Origin: a virus
Lineage: Duplodnaviria > Heunggongvirae > Uroviricota > Caudoviricetes
IMG/VR virus record: IMGVR_UViG_2734482556_000013
Strand: one strand, 5' to 3'
DNA: 44,295 nt
In this document: positions 32,400-43,059 of the stretch, piece after piece
Position numbering within the stretch: position 1 is the first letter of the stretch
Layout of the letters: every line of letters begins with the position of its first letter
Notes under the pieces: generated by a model
What the model was told of the DNA's origin: nothing
The model's database searches: none
What the model saw: the letters and a program-made list of their open reading frames with translations, nothing else
Made by a program: the position numbers and the translations under genes

Positions 32400-32537
32400 A
32401 ACCTGCCTCCTTAAACTAACATACCATGAGCCAGCAATGTCCGCTATTGGCACAAAGCGGACAACCACGCTAGCTCTCCCCTGTGCCAGAAAAATGTCAA
32501 TTTACATATGAACTAATGCTCTTTGATCTAGTAACGT

Positions 32538-32954
32538 CTATAAATACCGAAGATTTCCTTGATAAAATGCCAGTACACGTTTCATAACTTCACTCTTCCG
32601 GCACTCGCGACAGATTATGTTCTGACGCCTGTCATAGCGGCGTATTTCTCCGTCTGGTAATGACCAGATAAGGTCAGGATCAACCACAACCGTTTTTTTC
32701 ACCTTTGCCCTGGATAGTTTTTTGCGGGCGTTTTTCCAATCCTTACGAGCCTGTTCAGACGGGAATAACCCATAGCCAGAGTTGTATACATCGCCACTGG
32801 CAACCAACTCTCTGGCAAGAATGCTCATCAGATATCTTGTCGCACCTGTCTTGGCCTCCAGTTGCCTTAACGTCTCGCGCCCACTCTGGCGTACCAACTC
32901 AACAACCTGCTCCTTAATTTTTTCACGCTCTTCCTGTGTAAAAACTTTTGCCAT
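32538..32954 (-). CDS. Hypothetical nin-region protein
   Basis: ATG at 32952-32954 preceded by GGAGG; translation MAKVFTQEEREKIKEQVVELVRQSGRETLRQ... with a small Cys cluster (ICRECRKS). Confidence 0.55.
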   Translation of the reverse strand: MAKVFTQEEREKIKEQVVELVRQSGRETLRQLEAKTGATRYLMSILARELVASGDVYNSGYGLFPSEQARKDWKNARKKLSRAKVKKTVVVDPDLIWSLPDGEIRRYDRRQNIICRECRKSEVMKRVLAFYQGNLRYL

Positions 32955-32969
32955 AAGCGCCTCCGGCAA

Positions 32970-33731
32970 TCACTTTTCCGACACAATACGACTGGAGGAA
33001 TCGACAATCTGTCGGACAATATCCCGGTGCTTGTTCAGCTCCCGCAGCGCGGCGCAGACTCGCTCCCACTTCTGGACATGATTTTTCGCCCGACGCAGTT
33101 CGCGGTTTGCCATATGCAGCGATGGTAAAACTAGGTCATCCGCTTGCGTTTCAGTAAACGATGGCAGCGACTGCACAATGTCCGCCACAGTTTCTGTTTT
33201 AATATCTTCCTGTGTTGCCGCTTCCTGTACTGGTAACGCAACACCGGCTGGCTGAGGAAAGGCTTTACCATCAGTTTCCGCTACCGATGCAGCTTTCGGC
33301 TCTGCTGGTAAATTATCGCCCGGCATGCAGTAACGAAATTTACTGTTCTGGTTTACGCGAATCAGGCGTCCTTTGCTGATTGCCATTGCCAGCGTTGAAG
33401 CAACTTTGCGGGATGTTGTACCGAACAGCGTAGCCAGTTCATCCGCCGTTTGTGGTCCGCGTTGTTCAATCGTCGCGGTTAAATCGCACTCTGAGATTTT
33501 CACTACAGTTGCCGTGGTGGTTTCTTCCGGCAGTTCTGCCTGCATTGGCTGTTCCTGCTGAACGTTGTTATCAGCCACACGCCAGGTGTACGCGCTTTTA
33601 TCAACGAAACCAGCTTTTTTCAGTTCCCATAGTTCGTTCAGCACTTCTTCACGACTGATATCAAGTCGCGCAGCAAGTTCTATGGATGTGGCTTTTCCCA
33701 TTGCTTTCAGTGCGTCAAAAACAGTCTCCAT
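32970..33731 (-). CDS. Hypothetical phage protein with N-terminal winged-helix-like region (possibly YdaW-like)
   Basis: Preferred start [43 protein letters not shown] (ATG 33729-33731) preceded by GGGAGGAAA; immediately downstream of the DnaC-like gene. Confidence 0.55.
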   Translation of the reverse strand: METVFDALKAMGKATSIELAARLDISREEVLNELWELKKAGFVDKSAYTWRVADNNVQQEQPMQAELPEETTTATVVKISECDLTATIEQRGPQTADELATLFGTTSRKVASTLAMAISKGRLIRVNQNSKFRYCMPGDNLPAEPKAASVAETDGKAFPQPAGVALPVQEAATQEDIKTETVADIVQSLPSFTETQADDLVLPSLHMANRELRRAKNHVQKWERVCAALRELNKHRDIVRQIVDSSSRIVSEK

Positions 33732-33753
33732 AAAAATTTCCTCCCGGTAAAAA

Positions 33754-34500
33754 TTACTTCTCAATTCCTGGCTGGACGACATTCGGACGCCAGCTCTCCC
33801 AGTTAAAATTCACCCATCGCCCGCCGTTCATGGTCATGCGATCCATAATCCGCTCGCCGAGCAATGTTTTCATGGCCTCATAGTTCAGGTTTGTCAGCAT
33901 CCCCACGCTGCGCATCGACGCTGTCCGGCGATCAACAATCTGGTGCAGCACCACCTGCTCGTTTTTCGTCTCGCGCTGAATGCCAATTTCATCAAGAACC
34001 AGCAGATCCACTTCGCATAGTTCCCGCAAAAATTTTTCGCCTGACTGCCCATCGTCATAGCTGGCGTGCAGGGCACTCATAACATCAGCCACGGTAACCA
34101 CAATCACTGTCTGACCGTCTTTCAGCAGGCGATTCCCGATAGCTGCCGCTAAGTGGTTCTTCCCGGTACCAGGTTTTCCGCTGAACGCAAAATTTGTACA
34201 CCCGGTCATCAGTTCATCAGCGATGGATTTCGCCTGACTCAACGCGTATCGCTGCGCTTCGTTCTGCACCTGGTAATTCGAAAACGAGCATTTGCGGTGC
34301 AATGGCTGGATGCCAGAGCGATTCAGAATTTTTTCCACCCGCAACTGACGATTCTGACGGTTGATCTCCTCACAACGTTTCTGGCCTTCGGAAAGTTGCC
34401 ACTCGCGCCACTCCGCTACCGTCTTGAATGGCGCGGTTACATGTGACGGGGCCAGTCTGCGGATACGTTCAAGAACGTCGCCTGTCGCAATATTTTTCAT
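33754..34500 (-). CDS. DnaC-like helicase loader / replication protein (YdaV-like)
   Basis: AAA+ ATPase with Walker [16 protein letters not shown] and Walker B LLVLDEIG. Confidence 0.85.
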   Translation of the reverse strand: MKNIATGDVLERIRRLAPSHVTAPFKTVAEWREWQLSEGQKRCEEINRQNRQLRVEKILNRSGIQPLHRKCSFSNYQVQNEAQRYALSQAKSIADELMTGCTNFAFSGKPGTGKNHLAAAIGNRLLKDGQTVIVVTVADVMSALHASYDDGQSGEKFLRELCEVDLLVLDEIGIQRETKNEQVVLHQIVDRRTASMRSVGMLTNLNYEAMKTLLGERIMDRMTMNGGRWVNFNWESWRPNVVQPGIEK

Positions 34501-34506
34501 GGTCAG

Positions 34507-35313
34507 TTACCCCCTGAAGCCTGGCGGGATCGCACTATCCGGTAACGAGACGGTGTTAACCTGTCGGAGTAACGTCTCAGGTCGAACACCTTTCGGCGCG
34601 AACAAGCCCTGGTATTCATTGGCGATGCTGTGTCGAATCACCTGCTCAGGTGAAAAACCCTGCTGGCGGAATTTTTCCAGCTCCCGTATCGCCCCGTTAG
34701 CGCCCTGCTCCGTTCGAATCGGTTTTCGCAATGCCTGGCGAAATTCAACCCACTCACGCCAAAGCGAGACAGAAATCCAGTTCGGCAAAGCAATATCCAG
34801 AGGGTCAAACTTTTTGACACCTCGATTCCCCCGGGGGGGATTTAGGGGGGGATCTGTTTTTAGATCTTTATCTGTATCTTTATTAGTTGCCTTTGTGTTG
34901 ACATCATGTTCAAACACCACTTCAACATCTGTTTGAACACCTGTTAAATTTCTCTCTTGTTTTGTTTGAACATCTGCTTCCTTTCTGCTTCTTCTGGCCT
35001 GAACAGATGCTTTTCCTGCGGCTGATTTTTTGGTTAATTTTTCCCTGACTGATGCCAGATCTTCCTCAATCCGAAGATGCACCCATTCCTCGCCGTTATC
35101 GCAAAAAAACTCCTGCAAGGATGGTTCAACATCAGCCCATCGCTCGTTAGTCAGACGGGCAATTTTTGCCAGCCTGTTTTTAGGTATTGGCTTTCCTGTT
35201 TGCCAGTAATTGAACATCAGCAACAAATACGCACCATGCTCCTCTGCTGACAAATGCATGGTGTCAGCCAGGTAATCAGCTATGTACAGTTGCATGTATG
35301 GTAATGCGGCCAT
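34507..35313 (-). CDS. Replication protein (YdaU-like, DUF1376)
   Basis: ORF 34507-35364; preferred start MAALPYMQLYIADYLADTMHLSAEEHGAYLLLMFNYWQ (ATG 35311-35313); position upstream of the DnaC-like gene. Confidence 0.65.
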   Translation of the reverse strand: MAALPYMQLYIADYLADTMHLSAEEHGAYLLLMFNYWQTGKPIPKNRLAKIARLTNERWADVEPSLQEFFCDNGEEWVHLRIEEDLASVREKLTKKSAAGKASVQARRSRKEADVQTKQERNLTGVQTDVEVVFEHDVNTKATNKDTDKDLKTDPPLNPPRGNRGVKKFDPLDIALPNWISVSLWREWVEFRQALRKPIRTEQGANGAIRELEKFRQQGFSPEQVIRHSIANEYQGLFAPKGVRPETLLRQVNTVSLPDSAIPPGFRG

Positions 35314-35376
35314 AATTGCCCCGTATGATGCTGCCCGGTGGCTTAGAATAAGCACAAACAGCATGGAAACTTTTGC

Positions 35377-35799
35377 TTAATGAACAATGACAGAATCGTC
35401 GGAAGACCCGCCGCCGCTGAAATGCGCTTTCCGGTAAACGGCTTGGACTGCATCATCATGCGCATCAATTGCCGTACTTAACGCTTCCTGCGCCGCCAGT
35501 AATGCACGGCGTTCCAGGGTATCGAAGATGCAGAGTCGGTGACGCAGCTCGCGCGGAAGGATTGCCAGAATTGCTGGGATCAGCTTCTGAATTTTTTCTC
35601 TTTGCGTTTTCGTTTCACCTTTCAACCAACGGTGATAGATATTCTGCTGATTATTCCAGTCCTTGCCTGGTACCAGGGGCAATTCGCCGCCCCCCTGGCG
35701 CAGATATTCTTCAGTAATGGCATTGGCTACCCATGCCTGCCCTTTTTCGGCTGCCAGGGCTAACAACACTGACTCGATGTGCTCATGCTTGATTTTCAT
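35377..35799 (-). CDS. ydaT: YdaT-like protein (Rac prophage toxin family)
   Basis: 140 aa starting MKIKHEHIESVLLALAAEKGQAWVANAITEEYLRQGG...; translationally coupled to ydaS (ATGA overlap). Confidence 0.75.
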   Translation of the reverse strand: MKIKHEHIESVLLALAAEKGQAWVANAITEEYLRQGGGELPLVPGKDWNNQQNIYHRWLKGETKTQREKIQKLIPAILAILPRELRHRLCIFDTLERRALLAAQEALSTAIDAHDDAVQAVYRKAHFSGGGSSDDSVIVH

Positions 35800-36050
35800 G
35801 AATCAACTCCCATCAGCTTTTTCGTAGTAGTTTTATTTCTGCCAATAGTTAAAATTACATCAGCAGAAAATAATCCGTTTGATGCATGAGCGATTTTTTC
35901 AGCGTAATTTGTTTCGCCGGTATATTCTGTGCGAGGCAATTTTCCGTTATCCATCCATTTGTAGATTGCTCTTTGGCTGACACCACAAACGTCGGCCACA
36001 ACAGAAACGCGAACAGTTTTGATTACATCTTCAAGTGTTTTCTGGTTCAT
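35796..36050 (-). CDS. ydaS: Cro-like HTH regulator YdaS
   Basis: Preferred start MNQKTLEDVIKTVRVSVVADVCGVSQRAIYKWMDNGKLP (ATG 36048-36050) preceded by GAGGGTG; divergent from racR; ORF track extends to 36122. Confidence 0.65.
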   Translation of the reverse strand: MNQKTLEDVIKTVRVSVVADVCGVSQRAIYKWMDNGKLPRTEYTGETNYAEKIAHASNGLFSADVILTIGRNKTTTKKLMGVDS

Positions 36051-36111
36051 ATCACCCTCACAATGTGAACTTTGAGTACATGCTATAACAGAACTGACAG
36101 TACATTCAAGA

Positions 36112-36549
36112 GTGAATATCATTGAACTTATGGTTCATGAAGATAAAGCGCGTAAAGAGTTCGCCAGTAGGCTTGCGCTAGCCTGTGAAAACGCTGGTTA
36201 TGAACAACATGGAAGGCAGGCAGAAATTGCCCGTCGAATGAAATTAACACCAAAAGCGGTTAGCAAATGGTTTAATGGCGAAACAATTCCTCGCCGAGAG
36301 AAATTAAGGGAATTAGCAACACTCATTGGAACAACACCAACCTATCTTTTGGGAGAGGATACAGAAGAAAGTGGACAGGTACGTTTCTATCAGGAGTTAA
36401 ATCCAAGACAAAAAATCATCATTGACCTTCTGGACGAGCTCCCTGACAGTGAGACAGATGAACTTTTAAAAACTCTTGAGGAGAAAAAACAGAAGTACAA
36501 TGCAATTTACGAAGAGCTAGCACGAAAGAAAAAACAAAAAGCCTCTTAA
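36112..36549 (+). CDS. racR: Prophage repressor RacR (HTH)
   Basis: HTH segment ...RQAEIARRMKLTPKAVSKWFNGETIPRREKLRELATLIG...; start uncertain between GTG 36112 and ATG 36130. Confidence 0.75.
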   Translation: MNIIELMVHEDKARKEFASRLALACENAGYEQHGRQAEIARRMKLTPKAVSKWFNGETIPRREKLRELATLIGTTPTYLLGEDTEESGQVRFYQELNPRQKIIIDLLDELPDSETDELLKTLEEKKQKYNAIYEELARKKKQKAS

Positions 36550-36839
36550 ACCAGCATAAATCCGGTAGCGTCCCCCTCCGGGTTTGTGCTTCACTTTATC
36601 CCATCTCATTTTTTTACACACAAAATGTACTTATAGTACTTTACATCAATGAACACAAAGTACATTATATACCTACCAACCCACCCCGCCCCACAGAACG
36701 CAGGGCAATACTTCGAGTTACCAGGCAGTGGTCAGGGGTTAAGTAGCCAGCCCGAGGCGTATGAACATGACGGCAGGGTTCAGATTTTGCAGTGCAGCAG
36801 GTTTCAGTTCCGCCACCCGGCGTTAAGGGGAGAGATAAG

Positions 36840-36974
36840 ATGGTGCATTACGAAGTAGTTCAGTATTTGATGGATTGTTGCGGTATCACTTACAACCAGG
36901 CTGTGCAGGCTTTACGCAGCAACGACTGGGATCTCTGGCAGGCAGAAGTCGCTATACACAGCAACAAGATGTGA
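36840..36974 (+). CDS. ydaG: Small Rac protein YdaG-like (44 aa)
   Basis: ATG 36840 preceded by GGGGAGAG; translation MVHYEVVQYLMDCCGITYNQAVQALRSNDWDLWQAEVAIHSNKM. Confidence 0.5.
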   Translation: MVHYEVVQYLMDCCGITYNQAVQALRSNDWDLWQAEVAIHSNKM

Positions 36975-36984
36975 GATTCGCAAA

Positions 36985-37140
36985 ATGCAAAAAATCGACC
37001 TCGGCAACAACGAATCCCTGGTGTGCGGCGTGTTCCCCAACCAGGATGGAACGTTCACTGCCATGACGTATACCAAAAGCAAAACATTTAAAACCGAAAC
37101 TGGTGCGCGCCGATGGTTGGAGAAGCACACAGTAAGCTAA
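36985..37140 (+). CDS. ydaF: Small Rac protein YdaF-like (51 aa), below ORF-track cutoff
   Basis: ATG 36985, TAA 37138-37140; translation MQKIDLGNNESLVCGVFPNQDGTFTAMTYTKSKTFKTETGARRWLEKHTVS. Confidence 0.5.
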   Translation: MQKIDLGNNESLVCGVFPNQDGTFTAMTYTKSKTFKTETGARRWLEKHTVS

Positions 37141-37625
37141 CGATTAAAACGTCTACTCCTGCTGTTCCAGAATAACTTCATAAAATGGGAGTATTTTTCG
37201 GTGACGAGATAATAAGAACAGTTTGCGCTATCACTCTGATGTTGAATGATGCCCTTCCGTTCTAATTTTTTCATAACCGGGTTACGGCAAGGAGAAGTGA
37301 TAATAAGATTTCCTGTTTTAAGGAAATCTTTAAATACAGCGATTTCTTTCTCAGATAAACGAAGCAATACTCGTTGCTCTGGTAGTAATGAATAATGCTT
37401 TTGAATATGTGCTCGCAATCTTGAGAAGGAAATGGCGACCACGAAAGAAAAGGCAAAAACGATAATCTGAAAGAGCCAAGGTATTTCAGTATAAGCATTG
37501 AATGCGACAGTAAACTCTTTCGGTATCAGCCAGAGAGTGAGACCAAAAATGATAATCGTATACATAAGTATTTCGAGTGGCTCGTTAGCAAAAAGTTTCA
37601 ACAATGGAGTAAATACATCCAACAT
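37137..37625 (-). CDS. sieB: Superinfection exclusion protein SieB
   Basis: Preferred start MLDVFTPLLKLFANEPLEILMYTIIIFGLTLWLIPKEF (ATG 37623-37625); membrane protein; ORF track extends to 37748. Confidence 0.75.
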   Translation of the reverse strand: MLDVFTPLLKLFANEPLEILMYTIIIFGLTLWLIPKEFTVAFNAYTEIPWLFQIIVFAFSFVVAISFSRLRAHIQKHYSLLPEQRVLLRLSEKEIAVFKDFLKTGNLIITSPCRNPVMKKLERKGIIQHQSDSANCSYYLVTEKYSHFMKLFWNSRSRRFNR

Positions 37626-38066
37626 ATCAATAACTCTCAACTGTAAGGGTATTGAAATGTTAACACAAGCTCTCGCTGTAGGGGTATAGCCGAGACCACC
37701 GAAGCCCGGAGGTGGTGAAATAAAACCGGGCACAACACGAAGGCGCATTTCCGATATCCATAAAGAGTCGGTCTTGTCTGTTAAATTTAAATGGTGGGAG
37801 TGCGCCTCCGGTTGTAAATAACGACATTGCTGTGTGTAGTCCTGGCGGCATCAGTTTTTTTCTTGAAGTTCGGCTGATGTCCGCCCTTTTTAAAGTGAAT
37901 TTTGTGATGCGGTGAATGCGGCTAAGCGCACGTGGCACAGTTAAAAGTCATGTTAGTCCTTATTGGTTTGGGTGGGAAAGCCGACTGTAATTGTTAACTG
38001 GTTGCAGTCACCTGGAGGCACCAGGCACCGCATCAACAAAGTTCATTTGTAAAAATGGAGATAATT

Positions 38067-38288
38067 ATGATTGCACATCACTTCGGAACTGATGAAATAC
38101 CACGTCAGTGTGTGACTCCTGGCGATTATGTTCTTCATGAAGGCCGGACATATATTGCCTCGGCAAACAATATTAAAAAGCGAAAACTATATATTCGTAA
38201 CCTGACCACAAAAACATGCATTACTGACCGCATGATTAAAGTCTTCCTCGGTCGTGATGGTTTACCTGTAAAGGCGGAGTCATGGTGA
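38067..38288 (+). CDS. kilR: Cell division inhibitor KilR
   Basis: [48 protein letters not shown]...[12 protein letters not shown], 73 aa; GGAG 8 nt upstream of ATG 38067. Confidence 0.8.
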   Translation: MIAHHFGTDEIPRQCVTPGDYVLHEGRTYIASANNIKKRKLYIRNLTTKTCITDRMIKVFLGRDGLPVKAESW

Positions 38289-38458
38289 TGACTAAGAAAA
38301 TAAAATGTGCTTACCACCTTTGCAAAAAAGACGTTGAAGAAAGCAAAGCTATTGAAAGAATGCTTCACTTCATGCACGGGATTTTATCAAAAGACGAACC
38401 GAGAAAATATTGCAGTGAAGCTTGTGCCGAAAAAGACCAGATGGCACATGAACTTTAA
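38288..38458 (+). CDS. ydaE: Small Cys-containing protein YdaE-like (56 aa)
   Basis: ATG overlaps the kilR stop (TGATG); translation [56 protein letters not shown]. Confidence 0.6.
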   Translation: MTKKIKCAYHLCKKDVEESKAIERMLHFMHGILSKDEPRKYCSEACAEKDQMAHEL

Positions 38459-38532
38459 TTAATTGACTATTCGAAACTGAATTTATGCCAGAAATGGCAG
38501 GTATTCGCTCAACCTTAATTAAGGAGAAAAAC

Positions 38533-38808
38533 ATGATTACCAATTATGAAGCCACTGTTGTAACTACCGATGACATTGTTCACGAGGTGAATCTGGAAGG
38601 AAAGCGCATTGGCTACGTAATTAAAACAGAAAATAAAGAAACCCCATTCACTGTGGTTGATATCGATGGTCCATCAGGCAACGTAAAAACACTTGATGAA
38701 GGTGTCAAAAAAATGTGCCTGGTGCATATCGGAAAGAATCTGCCCGCAGAAAAAAAAGCCGAATTTCTGGCAACTCTAATTGCAATGAAATTAAAAGGTG
38801 AAATCTGA
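38533..38808 (+). CDS. racC: RacC protein
   Basis: AAGGAG Shine-Dalgarno before ATG 38533; translation MITNYEATVVTTDDIVHEVNLEGKRIGYVIKTENKETPFTVVDIDG..., 91 aa. Confidence 0.75.
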   Translation: MITNYEATVVTTDDIVHEVNLEGKRIGYVIKTENKETPFTVVDIDGPSGNVKTLDEGVKKMCLVHIGKNLPAEKKAEFLATLIAMKLKGEI

Positions 38809-38909
38809 AAGAAATAGCCTGCGTATGGCGCAGGCTATGAACAGTGTGTATCCGGCAAGATCATTCACTGAACAAAACGAATTTTAATCTGAGTTGAGGT
38901 TAAAAAACA

Positions 38910-41510
38910 ATGAGCACAAAACCACTCTTCCTGTTACGGAAAGCGAAAAAATCATCCGGTGAACCTGACGTCGTCCTGTGGGCAAGCAACGATTTTGAAT
39001 CGACCTGTGCCACTCTGGACTACCTGATCGTTAAGTCAGGTAAAAAACTGAGCAGCTATTTTAAAGCTGTTGCCACGAATTTTCCTGTCGTTAATGACCT
39101 GCCCGCTGAAGGTGAGATCGATTTTACCTGGAGTGAACGCTATCAACTCAGCAAAGACTCCATGACATGGGAACTAAAACCGGGAGCAGCACCAGACAAC
39201 GCTCACTATCAAGGCAATACCAACGTCAACGGCGAAGACATGACTGAGATTGAGGAGAATATGCTACTCCCAATTTCTGGCCAGGAACTGCCCATTCGTT
39301 GGCTTGCTCAACACGGCAGCGAAAAACCGGTAACGCACGTTTCACGCGACGGACTCCAGGCATTACACATTGCTCGGGCTGAAGAACTACCGGCTGTTAC
39401 TGCCCTGGCTGTTTCCCACAAAACCAGCCTGCTCGACCCGCTGGAAATTCGCGAACTCCACAAACTGGTTCGTGACACTGACAAAGTTTTCCCTAATCCT
39501 GGTAATTCAAACCTGGGACTGATAACTGCTTTTTTCGAAGCATACCTGAACGCTGACTACACCGATCGAGGACTGCTGACAAAAGAGTGGATGAAGGGTA
39601 ATCGTGTTTCACACATCACTCGCACGGCTTCCGGTGCTAATGCTGGCGGCGGAAACCTCACCGATCGCGGCGAAGGTTTCGTACACGATCTGACGTCACT
39701 GGCGCGGGACGTAGCCACTGGCGTACTGGCCCGTTCAATGGATCTGGACATCTATAACCTTCATCCGGCACACGCTAAACGCATTGAGGAAATTATCGCT
39801 GAAAATAAACCGCCCTTTTCTGTTTTCCGCGACAAATTCATCACCATGCCTGGCGGGCTGGATTATTCCCGCGCCATCGTGGTTGCGTCCGTAAAAGAAG
39901 CACCAATTGGGATCGAGGTCATCCCCGCGCACGTCACTGAATATCTGAACAAAGTACTGACTGAAACCGATCATGCCAACCCTGATCCGGAAATCGTGGA
40001 TATTGCCTGCGGTCGCTCCTCTGCCCCGATGCCGCAGCGAGTAACAGAAGAAGGAAAACAGGATGATGAAGAAAAACCGCAACCATCTGGAACAACGGCA
40101 GTTGAACAGGGAGAGGCTGAAACAATGGAACCGGACGCAACTGAACATCATCAGGACACGCAGCCGCTGGATGCTCAGTCACAGGTAAATTCTGTTGATG
40201 CGAAATATCAGGAACTGCGGGCAGAACTCCATGAAGCCCGGAAAAACATTCCATCAAAAAATCCTGTCGATGCCGATAAATTGCTTGCTGCATCACGTGG
40301 TGAATTTGTTGACGGAATTAGCGACCCGAACGATCCGAAATGGGTAAAGGGGATCCAGACTCGCGATTGTGTGTACCAGAACCAGCCAGAAACGGAAAAA
40401 ACCAGCCCGGATATGAATCAACCTGAGCCAGTAGTGCAACAGGAACCGGAAATAGCCTGCAATGCCTGCGGCCAGACTGGCGGGGATAACTGCCCTGACT
40501 GTGGTGCGGTGATGGGCGACGCAACATACCAGGAAACATTCGATGAAGAGAGTCAGGTTGAAGCTAAGGAAAATGATCCGGAGGAAATGGAAGGCGCTGA
40601 ACATCCGCACAATGAGAATGCTGGCAGCGATCCGCATCGCGATTGCAGTGATGAAACTGGCGAAGTCGCAGATCCCGTAATCGTAGAAGACATAGAGCCA
40701 GGTATTTATTACGGAATTTCGAATGAGAATTACCACGCGGGTCCCGGTGTCAGTAAGTCTCAGCTCGATGACATTGCTGATACTCCGGCACTGTATTTGT
40801 GGCGTAAAAATGCCCCCGTGGACACCACAAAGACAAAAACGCTCGATTTAGGAACCGCTTTCCACTGCCGGGTACTTGAGCCGGAAGAATTCAGTAACCG
40901 CTTTATCGTAGCACCTGAATTTAACCGCCGGACAAACTCCGGAAAAGAAGAAGAGAAAGCGTTTCTGAGGGAATGCGCAAGCACAGGAAAAACGGTTATC
41001 ACTGCCGAAGAAGGCCGGAAAATTGAACTCATGTATCAGAGCGTTATGGCTTTGCCGCTGGGGCAATGGCTTGTTGAAAGCGCCGGACACGCTGAATCAT
41101 CAATTTACTGGGAAGATCCTGAAACAGCAATTTTGTGTCGGTGCCGTCCGGACAAAATTATCCCTGAATTTCACTGGATCATGGACGTGAAAACTACGGC
41201 GGATATTCAACGATTCAAAACCGCTTATTACGACTACCGCTATCACGTTCAGGATGCATTCTACAGTGACGGTTATGAAGCACAGTTTGGAGTGCAGCCA
41301 ACTTTCGTTTTTCTGGTTGCCAGCACAACTATTGAATGCGGACGTTATCCGGTTGAAATTTTCATGATGGGCGAAGAAGCAAAACTGGCAGGTCAGCTGG
41401 AATATCACCGCAATCTGCGAACCCTGGCTGACTGCCTCAATACCGATGAATGGCCAGCTATTAAGACGTTATCACTGCCCCGCTGGGCTAAGGAATATGC
41501 AAATGACTAA
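38910..41510 (+). CDS. recE: Exodeoxyribonuclease VIII (RecE)
   Basis: 866-aa ORF; nuclease core in the C-terminal third; translationally coupled to recT. Confidence 0.9.
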   Translation: MSTKPLFLLRKAKKSSGEPDVVLWASNDFESTCATLDYLIVKSGKKLSSYFKAVATNFPVVNDLPAEGEIDFTWSERYQLSKDSMTWELKPGAAPDNAHYQGNTNVNGEDMTEIEENMLLPISGQELPIRWLAQHGSEKPVTHVSRDGLQALHIARAEELPAVTALAVSHKTSLLDPLEIRELHKLVRDTDKVFPNPGNSNLGLITAFFEAYLNADYTDRGLLTKEWMKGNRVSHITRTASGANAGGGNLTDRGEGFVHDLTSLARDVATGVLARSMDLDIYNLHPAHAKRIEEIIAENKPPFSVFRDKFITMPGGLDYSRAIVVASVKEAPIGIEVIPAHVTEYLNKVLTETDHANPDPEIVDIACGRSSAPMPQRVTEEGKQDDEEKPQPSGTTAVEQGEAETMEPDATEHHQDTQPLDAQSQVNSVDAKYQELRAELHEARKNIPSKNPVDADKLLAASRGEFVDGISDPNDPKWVKGIQTRDCVYQNQPETEKTSPDMNQPEPVVQQEPEIACNACGQTGGDNCPDCGAVMGDATYQETFDEESQVEAKENDPEEMEGAEHPHNENAGSDPHRDCSDETGEVADPVIVEDIEPGIYYGISNENYHAGPGVSKSQLDDIADTPALYLWRKNAPVDTTKTKTLDLGTAFHCRVLEPEEFSNRFIVAPEFNRRTNSGKEEEKAFLRECASTGKTVITAEEGRKIELMYQSVMALPLGQWLVESAGHAESSIYWEDPETAILCRCRPDKIIPEFHWIMDVKTTADIQRFKTAYYDYRYHVQDAFYSDGYEAQFGVQPTFVFLVASTTIECGRYPVEIFMMGEEAKLAGQLEYHRNLRTLADCLNTDEWPAIKTLSLPRWAKEYAND

Positions 41511-42312
41511 GCAACCACCAATCGCAAAAGCCGATCTGCAAAAAACTCAGGGAAACCGTGCACCAGCAGCAATTAAAAATAACGACGTGATTAGTTTTAT
41601 TAACCAGCCATCAATGAAAGAGCAACTGGCAGCAGCTCTTCCACGCCATATGACGGCTGAACGTATGATCCGTATCGCCACCACAGAAATTCGTAAAGTT
41701 CCGGCGTTAGGAAACTGTGACACTATGAGTTTTGTCAGTGCAATCGTACAGTGTTCACAGCTCGGACTTGAGCCCGGTAGCGCCCTCGGTCATGCATATT
41801 TACTGCCTTTTGGTAATAAAAACGAAAAGAGCGGTAAAAAAAACGTTCAGCTAATCATTGGCTATCGCGGCATGATTGATCTGGCTCGCCGTTCAGGTCA
41901 AATCGCCAGCCTGTCAGCCCGTGTTGTCCGTGAAGGTGACGAGTTTAATTTCGAATTTGGCCTTGATGAAAAGTTAATACACCGCCCAGGAGAAAACGAA
42001 GATGCCCCTGTTACCCACGTCTATGCTGTCGCAAGACTGAAAGACGGAGGTACTCAGTTTGAAGTTATGACGCGCAAACAGATTGAGCTGGTGCGCAGCC
42101 AGAGTAAAGCTGGTAATAACGGGCCGTGGGTAACTCACTGGGAAGAAATGGCAAAGAAAACGGCTATTCGTCGCCTGTTCAAATATCTGCCCGTATCAAT
42201 TGAGATCCAGCGTGCAGTATCAATGGATGAAAAGGAACCACTGACAATCGATCCTGCAGATTCCTCTGTATTAACCGGGGAATACAGTGTAATCGATAAT
42301 TCAGAGGAATAA
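41503..42312 (+). CDS. recT: Single-strand annealing recombinase RecT
   Basis: Start [36 protein letters not shown] (ATG 41503 overlapping the recE stop); 269 aa. Confidence 0.9.
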   Translation: MTKQPPIAKADLQKTQGNRAPAAIKNNDVISFINQPSMKEQLAAALPRHMTAERMIRIATTEIRKVPALGNCDTMSFVSAIVQCSQLGLEPGSALGHAYLLPFGNKNEKSGKKNVQLIIGYRGMIDLARRSGQIASLSARVVREGDEFNFEFGLDEKLIHRPGENEDAPVTHVYAVARLKDGGTQFEVMTRKQIELVRSQSKAGNNGPWVTHWEEMAKKTAIRRLFKYLPVSIEIQRAVSMDEKEPLTIDPADSSVLTGEYSVIDNSEE

Positions 42313-42367
42313 TTCAGCCTGGCGGTGTAATGCACCGCCAACTTGAAATATTTTTATGAGAAAAATT

Positions 42368-42526
42368 ATGAGATATGACAATGTTAAACCATGTCCATTT
42401 TGTGGTTGTCCATCAGTAACGGTGAAAGCCATTTCAGGATATTACCGAGCGAAGTGTAACGGATGCGAATCCCGAACCGGTTATGGTGGAAGTGAAAAAG
42501 AAGCACTCGAACGATGAAATAAACGA
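42368..42526 (+). CDS. ralR: RalR/Lar restriction-alleviation toxin-like protein, apparently truncated by an in-frame TGA
   Basis: MRYDNVKPCPFCGCPSVTVKAISGYYRAKCNGCESRTGYGGSEKEALER then TGA at 42524-42526; the frame stays open for 15 more codons (NKRTTGNNNGGVHV) to TAA. Confidence 0.6.
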
Positions 42527-42542
42527 ACCACTGGAAATAATA

Positions 42543-42743
42543 ATGGAGGTGTTCATGTATAAAATTACCGCCACTATTGAAAAGGAAGGTGGCACTCCTA
42601 CTAACTGGACAAGATATTCAAAATCTAAACTAACGAAATCAGAATGCGAAAAAATGCTCTCAGGTAAAAAAGAAGCAGGCGTTTCCAGAGAGCAGAAAGT
42701 AAAACTGATAAATTTTAATTGCGAGAAACTTCAGTCCTCGTGA
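42543..42743 (+). CDS. ydaC: Small Rac protein YdaC-like
   Basis: ATG 42543 preceded by GGA; translation MEVFMYKITATIEKEGGTPTNWTRYSKSKLTKSECEKMLSGKKEAGVSREQKV... Confidence 0.5.
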   Translation: MEVFMYKITATIEKEGGTPTNWTRYSKSKLTKSECEKMLSGKKEAGVSREQKVKLINFNCEKLQSS

Positions 42744-42842
42744 ATTGCATTGTATTCAAATTAAAACTTCATAGCTGATTATTAATAATCAACATCGGGC
42801 GTCAATTTAAGTCTAACATTGGCGCCTGCCAGAGGTGATGCG

Positions 42843-43058
42843 ATGGCACAAGTAATCTTTAATGAAGAGTGGATGGTTGAATACGGCCTGATGCTTCGCA
42901 CTGGTCTGGGGGCCAGACAAATTGAAGCATACCGCCAGAACTGTTGGGTGGAAGGCTTCCACTTCAAACGAGTATCTCCTTTAGGGAAGCCAGACAGTAA
43001 GCGAGGGATTATCTGGTATAACTATCCAAAGATAAATCAGTTTATCAAAGACTCATGA
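42843..43058 (+). CDS. xisR: Excisionase (Xis / YdaQ-like)
   Basis: GAGGTGA before ATG 42843; translation [71 protein letters not shown]; directly upstream of int. Confidence 0.75.
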   Translation: MAQVIFNEEWMVEYGLMLRTGLGARQIEAYRQNCWVEGFHFKRVSPLGKPDSKRGIIWYNYPKINQFIKDS

Positions 43059-43059
43059 T

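Noticed and set aside
37660-37938. 92-aa minus-strand ORF upstream of sieB
   Set aside because: Overlaps the probable sieB start and the kilR promoter region; no ribosome binding site and no resemblance to any Rac protein I recall.
39557-41408. Several minus-strand ORFs (39557-39751, 39735-40151, 39934-40296, 40293-40736, 40760-41032, 40848-41090, 41100-41408)
   Set aside because: All lie antisense within the 866-aa recE gene.
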